Origin: an uncultured Methylomirabilota bacterium
GTDB lineage: Bacteria; Methylomirabilota; Methylomirabilia; Methylomirabilales; 2-02-FULL-66-22
DNA length: 64,000 nt
NCBI GenBank assembly: GCA_963705305.1
Contig: OY970067.1
Coordinates: 2,336,001-2,400,000 of the forward strand
Direction: 5' to 3'
Below, in pieces: positions 58,606 to 64,000 of the stretch; position 1 is the first letter of the stretch; each line of letters starts with the position of its first letter. The position numbers and the translations under genes are program-made. Below the pieces are notes generated by a model, which made no database searches, had not been told where the DNA came from, and was given only the letters and a program-made list of their open reading frames with translations.

Positions 58606-59267
58606 GCCCCGAGAGCGTGAGCGCCCTGCTCCTCTCCGTCCGGGTGGCGGTGGTGGCCACGTGCCTGGACGCCCTGGTCGGCATCCCCCTGGCCTATCTC
58701 TTGGCGCGCCGGCGCTTTCCCGGGAAGTCGGTTGTGGACCTGGCGAGCACCCTGCCCCTCGTCCTGCCTCCCACCGTGACCGGCTATTACCTGATCGTCC
58801 TCCTGGGGCGGCGCGGCTGGCTGGGGGCGCCGCTCTACACCCTCACCGGGTGGAGCGTCACGTTCACGTGGTATGCCTGCGTGGTCGCCGCCGCCATCAT
58901 GGCCCTGCCGCTCCTCGTGCGCACCGCGCGGGCCGCCATCGAGTCGGTCGATCGGGATCTGGAGCGGGCGGCCCTCACCCTCGGCCGCTCGGAGCTCCGC
59001 ACGGCGCTGGAGGTGACGCTGCCCCTGGCGCGGCACGGGATCCTGGCCGGGATGGTCCTGGCGTTCGCCCGGGCCCTGGGGGAGTTCGGGGCGACCCTGA
59101 TGCTGGCGGGGAACATCCCCGGCAGGACCGCGACGGTCCCCCTGGCCATCTACACGGCCGTGGAAACCGGCGCGATGAGCGAGGCGCTGATCCTGGCGGG
59201 GGCGCTCACCGCGGTCTCCTGTATCGTGCTCTTCGCCGCCTCCCGCCTGGGGGCGCCGGCGCCATGA
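58602..59267 (+). CDS. modB: Molybdate ABC transporter permease
   Basis: LPLVLPPTVTGY, FARALGEFGATLMLAGNIPGRT. Confidence 0.95.
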   Translation: MSPESVSALLLSVRVAVVATCLDALVGIPLAYLLARRRFPGKSVVDLASTLPLVLPPTVTGYYLIVLLGRRGWLGAPLYTLTGWSVTFTWYACVVAAAIMALPLLVRTARAAIESVDRDLERAALTLGRSELRTALEVTLPLARHGILAGMVLAFARALGEFGATLMLAGNIPGRTATVPLAIYTAVETGAMSEALILAGALTAVSCIVLFAASRLGAPAP

Positions 59268-60391
59268 GCGTGCGCCTGGAGGTGAGCCTGCAGACCCGCC
59301 GGGCCGGCTTCAGCCTGGACGTGGCCTGGACGGCCGGCGACGGCACGGCGGTCCTGTTCGGTCCGTCCGGCTCGGGGAAGACGACGACCCTCCAGTGCCT
59401 GGCGGGGCTGTTCCGTCCGGACGCGGGGCGGATCCTGCTGGACGGCCGGGTGCTGTTCGACGCTCAGGCCGGCATCCATGTGCCGCCGCAGGACCGGCGC
59501 CTGGGCTACGTGTTCCAGGGCTACGCCCTGTTTCCGCACCTGAGCGTCGAGGGCAACGTGGGATTCGGCCTGCGGGATCTTCCGGCGGCCGAGAGGGCGA
59601 GGCGGGTGGCCGACGTCCTCCAGCGACTCGGCCTCACGGGGCTGGAGCGGCAGCGGCCCCACGAGCTGTCGGGAGGGCAGCGGCAGCGCGTGGCGCTGGG
59701 CCGGGCCCTGGCGATCGAGCCCGCGCTCCTGCTCCTCGACGAGCCGCTCTCGGCCCTGGACCTGCCCCTGCGGCGGCTGCTGCGGGAAGAGCTCCGGATG
59801 ATCCTGGCCGAATGGAAGGTACCGGCCGTCCTGGTCACCCACGACCTGGCCGAGGCCTACCAGCTGGGGGACCGCGTGATCGTGTACGAGGCGGGGCGCG
59901 TCCGGCAGTCGGCGCCCCGGGGCGAGCTGCTCTCGAGGCCGGCCTCGGAGGCGGTGGCCCGCATCCTCGGGTTTCGCAACCTGCTGCGGGGCGTCGTGTG
60001 CGAGGCGGATCCCGAGCGGCTCCGCGTGGAATGGCGGGGGCAGGTGCTGGAGATGCAGAACCTCCCCGAGGTTCCCTACCTGCCGCCGGCCGGGAGCCCC
60101 CTCGTGTTCTTTGTCCGGCCGGAAGATCCGCGGCTCATCCGGAAGGATGGGCCCCCTCCGGACCCCATCCACCACGGCAACATCCTCTCGGGGACGGTCG
60201 TTCGGGAGCTGGACCTGGGGGTGACCCGCACGCTGTTCTTCCGTCTGGATGCCCCGGGGCCTCCCGCCCAGGGCGATTTCGACCTGGAGGTGGAGATCCC
60301 TCGCTTTGTCCACCAGCTGCTGACGATCGAGCGGGACCGCTGCTGGCAGGTGTCCATCCATCGGGGATCGATTCACGCGTTGCCGGCCTGA
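59264..60391 (+). CDS. modC: Molybdate ABC transporter ATP-binding protein
   Basis: GPSGSGKTT, GYVFQ, LSGGQRQRVA, LLLDEP, VTHD; ATGA overlap with modB. Confidence 0.92.
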   Translation: MSVRLEVSLQTRRAGFSLDVAWTAGDGTAVLFGPSGSGKTTTLQCLAGLFRPDAGRILLDGRVLFDAQAGIHVPPQDRRLGYVFQGYALFPHLSVEGNVGFGLRDLPAAERARRVADVLQRLGLTGLERQRPHELSGGQRQRVALGRALAIEPALLLLDEPLSALDLPLRRLLREELRMILAEWKVPAVLVTHDLAEAYQLGDRVIVYEAGRVRQSAPRGELLSRPASEAVARILGFRNLLRGVVCEADPERLRVEWRGQVLEMQNLPEVPYLPPAGSPLVFFVRPEDPRLIRKDGPPPDPIHHGNILSGTVVRELDLGVTRTLFFRLDAPGPPAQGDFDLEVEIPRFVHQLLTIERDRCWQVSIHRGSIHALPA

Positions 60392-60514
60392 GGCGGTGAC
60401 CCCCCCGGGACGCGGCGGACGCGAGGCTGCGGGGAAACCGGTGCCTGCTCGGACTGCCGGCGACCGGCGGCGGATCGGGGAGGCCCGGTCCGGGACCGCC
60501 AGAAGGAGGGGGCC

Positions 60515-61153
60515 ATGGGCATGCCGTTGCCGCGATTGACGCCCGACAGCCTGCGGGATGCCATCCTTGAGATGTGCGAGCAGGCCGAGAAGATGCTGCG
60601 CCTGGCCCGGGACGGCTTCCAGCGCGGCTCGGGTTCGACCCTGGAGGGGGTGGCTCCCCTCTCCCGGACGCTGCATCTGCGCGAGAAACGGCTGACGGAG
60701 CACGTCGCCATGCAGATGCGGGAATACCCCGGGTCGCTGGGGGCGGCCGAGGGACTGGCCTTCCTGCCAGCCGCACTGGAGCGCATCGCCGATTCGGTCG
60801 AGGCCCTGGCCGAGCGCACGGACCGCATCCATCGCGAGGGGATCTCGGTCAGCGAGCGCGGCCTCGCCGAGGTGCGGGAGCTCTTTAGCCGGGGGCTGGA
60901 CCTGCTGGCGGCCATTGCCGAGGTCGTGCGCTCGGGGGATCAAGGCCGGGCCGCGGCGGTGCGCGAGGCGGGGGAGGGATTCCAGGCCCTATGCGACGAG
61001 GTGGCCTCGAGCCACCAGGACCGCCTGCTGCGGGGGATCTGCGCCCCCAGATCCTCGTCCATCTTCCTGGCGATGCTGGATAATTTCCGGGAAATCGAGC
61101 GCTACATCCGCCGGATGAGCGTCGACCTGGGAAAGGCGCTGCGACCGATGTGA
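60515..61153 (+). CDS. Stand-alone PhoU-like domain protein
   Basis: All-helical, LERIAD, HQDRLLRGICAPRSSSIFLAMLDNFREI resembling the PhoU-like tail of Na/Pi cotransporters; AGGAGG RBS. Confidence 0.75.
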   Translation: MGMPLPRLTPDSLRDAILEMCEQAEKMLRLARDGFQRGSGSTLEGVAPLSRTLHLREKRLTEHVAMQMREYPGSLGAAEGLAFLPAALERIADSVEALAERTDRIHREGISVSERGLAEVRELFSRGLDLLAAIAEVVRSGDQGRAAAVREAGEGFQALCDEVASSHQDRLLRGICAPRSSSIFLAMLDNFREIERYIRRMSVDLGKALRPM

Positions 61154-61245
61154 CCGCCGGCCCCTCGGCCGGCGGGTGGGCTGTGGCCGGATCCCGGTGG
61201 GGCGTCCCGCTTCCGCTTGACGCCTTTCTCCTGATTCCTGCCATC

Positions 61246-61416
61246 CTTTGCGACCTTGGCGTCTTTGCGTTCGTTCCTGCCTTGCCGTACGCACTTGTTC
61301 TTTCGCCCCAGCTCCCGCTCGACTCTGCTCGCGGCCCTAAGCCTGTCGAAGGGCTCTGCGCCCGAGCGCAGCGGTGCTCCCCTGCGATTCTTTCCTCACG
61401 CCAAGATCGCCAAAAA
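61246..61416. repeat. Inverted short-unit repeat arms enclosing a REP-like palindrome
   Basis: GCGACCTTGGCGT (61250-61262) vs ACGCCAAGATCGC (61398-61410); inner CCCGCTCGAC...GTCGAAGGG (61314-61353). Confidence 0.55.
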
Positions 61417-61511
61417 GACTCACTATACATGATCCTGAAGGCCGTTGGCCGAACCGTGATGGGGCACATCTTTGGGTTTGCGGTCGAACTGCAATGGTCG
61501 GGTTCCGGCCC

Positions 61512-62747
61512 TTAGCTGCCGTCAGTCCGGATGGACAGGTAGGCCAGCATACAGAGGGGGCCGAGCAGCACGCCCAGTCCGAGCAGGCCGAAGGCGGGCC
61601 CCCACTGCCACGCCGAGGCGGCTGCGGCGGCCCGGCCGGCGGGCCGCAGGAAGTCCAGCAGGAATCCGAATGCCGTGGGCGAGACCGCCGCAGCCAGAAA
61701 GCCGAGACAGGACTGGAGGGCGAGGGTGGCGCCCAGCCGGGAGGGATCGGCGGCCTCCGTGACTCCCGTCGAGAGAGCGCCGGAATCCGCGCTGACGAAG
61801 GTGCCGTACAGGAGAGCCAGCGTCAGGATGATCCCCAGCGGCGCATCGAAGAACCAGCCGATGGTCAGCGAGCAGGCGGCACTGGAGACCTGCGTGGCGA
61901 TGATGACCCGGGGGCGGCTCCAGCGATCCGACGCCCAGCCGCCGAAGATGTTCGACGCGGCGCCCAGGAGCAGGATGCCCGAGATCCAGGCGGCCGCCAG
62001 GCTGCTGGCCTCCACCAGGCCGGAGCCGTTCCGGACCAGCCGAGCCGCCAGATAGGGGGTCAGCCACGCCCGCATGCCGAAGAGCTCCCAGTTGTGCGCG
62101 CAATAGCCGGCGATCATCCAGAGCGCCTTCCGGTTCCTGATCACCTCTGGATCCAACACCCCGACGCGTTGCGGCCGGGGGCGGGACGAGGCCTGGATGA
62201 CCAGGAGCCCCAGCGCGGCAGCCAGCAGGGGCCCCGCCGCCGTGAGGCCCATGGCCGCCCGCCAGCCGGCCTGACGCGTCAGATATCCGGTGAGGAAGAG
62301 GGAGGCTGCGGATCCCAGCCCGAAGGCGCTGGCGTAGCAGGCGATGGCGAAGCCCCGGTGGGAAGAGTCGAATCGCTCGGCCACCAGCCGCATCCCCGGG
62401 ACGTAGGTTCCGGCCAGCCCGATGCCGGCCAGGGCCCGCAGCAGGGCGGCGCTGGCAAACCCCCGGGCGAAAAAGGGAAAGGCCGCCCCCGCCGCGGCCG
62501 CCCACAGGGCGGAGCCCAGATAGATGGCGCGCGTGTCGATCCGGTCGGTGAGGCTGGCCAGGACCAGCACCGCCAGCAGGTAGCACGCCTGATAGGCGGA
62601 GAAGATCAGCCCCGCCTGCGCGTTGGCCATCCCCCATTCGGTCTGGAGGATGGGCAGGACGGCCGTGTAGTTCAGGAAGAGGAGCATCGTGGCCATCTCG
62701 CAAAGGCAGATGGCCCCGAGCCAGAACACATCCGGGCGTCGCATCAA
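61512..62747 (-). CDS. MFS transporter
   Basis: About 12 TM segments, LTDRID, LAGTYVPGM, HNWELF, GGWASDRW. Confidence 0.9.
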   Translation of the reverse strand: MMRRPDVFWLGAICLCEMATMLLFLNYTAVLPILQTEWGMANAQAGLIFSAYQACYLLAVLVLASLTDRIDTRAIYLGSALWAAAAGAAFPFFARGFASAALLRALAGIGLAGTYVPGMRLVAERFDSSHRGFAIACYASAFGLGSAASLFLTGYLTRQAGWRAAMGLTAAGPLLAAALGLLVIQASSRPRPQRVGVLDPEVIRNRKALWMIAGYCAHNWELFGMRAWLTPYLAARLVRNGSGLVEASSLAAAWISGILLLGAASNIFGGWASDRWSRPRVIIATQVSSAACSLTIGWFFDAPLGIILTLALLYGTFVSADSGALSTGVTEAADPSRLGATLALQSCLGFLAAAVSPTAFGFLLDFLRPAGRAAAAASAWQWGPAFGLLGLGVLLGPLCMLAYLSIRTDGS

Positions 62748-62962
62748 TGATCTCGCTTCTGGCTCCGCCGCGGGGATCCGGGGGGGTGGTCAGCCGGAGC
62801 GGAAATGCCGGCCGGCGGCAAGACGCTAGCGCGTCTCCTTCCCCGGTGTCAAGAGGCGGGCGCGCCGGCCGGACCGACGCCGGGGAGAGGTCGGGCGCCG
62901 AGGCCAGGGTCCGGCGGCGGCTCGGCCCGATCCCCGGGACCGGCCGGCCATGGCGATTGTGC

Positions 62963-62992
62963 TTGACACGGAGGGGCGAATCCCCGTAGAAT
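62963..62992 (+). promoter_or_regulatory. Putative sigma-70 promoter of rpsU
   Basis: TTGACA-18 nt-TAGAAT. Confidence 0.6.
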
Positions 62993-63118
62993 CGTTATGC
63001 TTCTGGTTCAGACGGTTCCGTGTTAGTTTTCCCGCGCCGCGAGGACCCAAGCCTTGCGGCGTTTCTTTTTGGACGGCACGGGGGCCTAACGCGGTTGGCA
63101 GTCGGGAGAGGTGGACGC

Positions 63119-63400
63119 ATGGGGTTCCATGAGGGAGTGCCGGGGGACGCCGTTCCCTCCGGCGAGAGGGAGCGGACGCGCCATCGTCCTCTGGAGGTGT
63201 CCGTCGGAGAGCGGGGCGTGGAGGGGGCCATCCGCACCTTGAAGCGCCTGGTCCTCCGGGACGGGATTCTCCAGGAGCTGAAGCGACGGGCCCATTACGA
63301 AAAGCCTGGCGATCGCCGCCGGCGCAAGAAGCGGGAGTCTGTGAGACGCCTTCGCAAGCAGCGCGTGCGGGCCCTCGCCCGCGGTGAGCGCTTCGACTAG
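63119..63400 (+). CDS. rpsU: 30S ribosomal protein S21 with N-terminal extension
   Basis: VEGAIRTLKR, GILQELKRRAHYEKP, RRRRKK. Confidence 0.9.
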   Translation: MGFHEGVPGDAVPSGERERTRHRPLEVSVGERGVEGAIRTLKRLVLRDGILQELKRRAHYEKPGDRRRRKKRESVRRLRKQRVRALARGERFD

Positions 63401-64000
63401 TCTAGTGTGTCATAAATACGGTGACTTATAGTACGTACTCTGGTATGCTCCTCGGTGAGGAGGAGCAAGCCATGCGTGTGGCGGTGCCGATTGTGCTGAG
63501 CCCGCAGGAACGCACCATCTTGGAACGCTGGGCACGGGGGCGGCGCACCCCCGCGCGCCTCGTGCGCCGGGCGCAGATCGTCCTGCGCGCGGCGGCGGGG
63601 CAGCGGAACGACGAGGTCGCCCGGGCCCTGGACACGGATCGCGAGTGTGTGGGTCGGTGGCGGACTCGCTTCGCCCAGCAGCGGCTGGCCGGGATCGAGC
63701 GGGATGCCCCGCGCCCCGGCCGGACGCCCGCCATCGCCCCGGCGGTCCTGCAGCGCATCGTCACCCTGACGACAACCAGCGCGCCGCCCGCCGCCACCCA
63801 CTGGAGCACGCGGACCCTGGCGGCCGCGGTCGGCGTGAGCCCGAAGACCGTGCACCGGGTCTGGCAGGCCCACGGCCTGAAGCCGCATCGGGTCCGCCCG
63901 TTCAAGGTGAGCCGCGACCGGCGGTTCCTCGAGAAGCTGACCGATGTGGTGGGGCTGTACCTGAATCCCCCTGAGCACGCGTTGGTGCTGTGCGCCGACG
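63398..64000 (+). mobile_element. IS630-family insertion sequence, left part (truncated by window end)
   Basis: End sequence TAGTCTAGTGTGTCATAAATA starts at the TA of the rpsU stop; transposase follows. Confidence 0.85.
63472..64000 (+). CDS. IS630-family transposase, N-terminal part (absent from ORF track because no stop in window)
   Basis: MRVAVPIVLSPQER...RAQIVL...RWRTRF...DAPRPGR...THWSTRTLA...VHRVW...LKPHR..FKVSRD..F.EKL.DVVGLYLNPPE.ALVLCAD; GAGGAGG RBS. Confidence 0.93.
   Translation, partial: MRVAVPIVLSPQERTILERWARGRRTPARLVRRAQIVLRAAAGQRNDEVARALDTDRECVGRWRTRFAQQRLAGIERDAPRPGRTPAIAPAVLQRIVTLTTTSAPPAATHWSTRTLAAAVGVSPKTVHRVWQAHGLKPHRVRPFKVSRDRRFLEKLTDVVGLYLNPPEHALVLCAD

Noticed and set aside
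63397..63978. Minus-strand 193-aa ORF
   Set aside because: Antisense shadow of the IS630 transposase.
1..64000. tRNA, rRNA, prophage, defence or reverse-transcriptase systems
   Set aside because: No cloverleaf or rRNA-like tract and no phage, Cas, RT, restriction or toxin-antitoxin motifs recognised in the credible ORFs.

Overview
High-GC bacterial chromosomal window, gene-dense and mostly metabolic, transport and signalling genes. The taxon cannot be fixed from sequence alone; gene content gives a weak impression of Methylomirabilota (NC10/Rokubacteria). Contents in order: end of a DedA gene; HAMP histidine kinase with a sigma-54 response regulator; a catabolic cluster (racemase-like protein, sugar epimerase, amidohydrolase, TRAP transporter, DUF6282-like hydrolase); single-domain response regulator, exported protein and signal peptidase I; CoA-transferase; second TRAP system; DUF1614/DUF1634/TauE; tkt-pgi-pgl-rpiA; HpcH aldolase; a ClC protein divergent from an APC-USP-TrkA-TrkA operon; HAD and Gfo/Idh/MocA; EmrB; gpsA; Nudix; LysR with MFS; DEAD-box helicase; PhzF; TPP enzyme; flavodoxin-like protein; GAF-GGDEF with PilZ; AAA+/vWA/tldD/tldE (two frameshifts)/ABM; modABC with a PhoU-like protein; MFS; rpsU; left part of an IS630-family element. 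The most notable unexplained signals are non-coding: (1) a ~197-nt self-complementary RNA candidate with its own sigma-70 promoter and intrinsic terminator upstream of the diguanylate cyclase (49052-49293); (2) a three-copy dispersed hairpin element whose copies differ by exact multiples of a 7-nt core unit; (3) a 187-bp MITE with CTAG target duplication; (4) several unrelated 7-9-nt repeat arrays at gene junctions; (5) a KdpE-like box ahead of a Trk operon that has no TrkH/KtrB pore. All family calls come from motif recognition by eye, not database searches. Many start codons were moved relative to the supplied ORF track using RBS position and homology.
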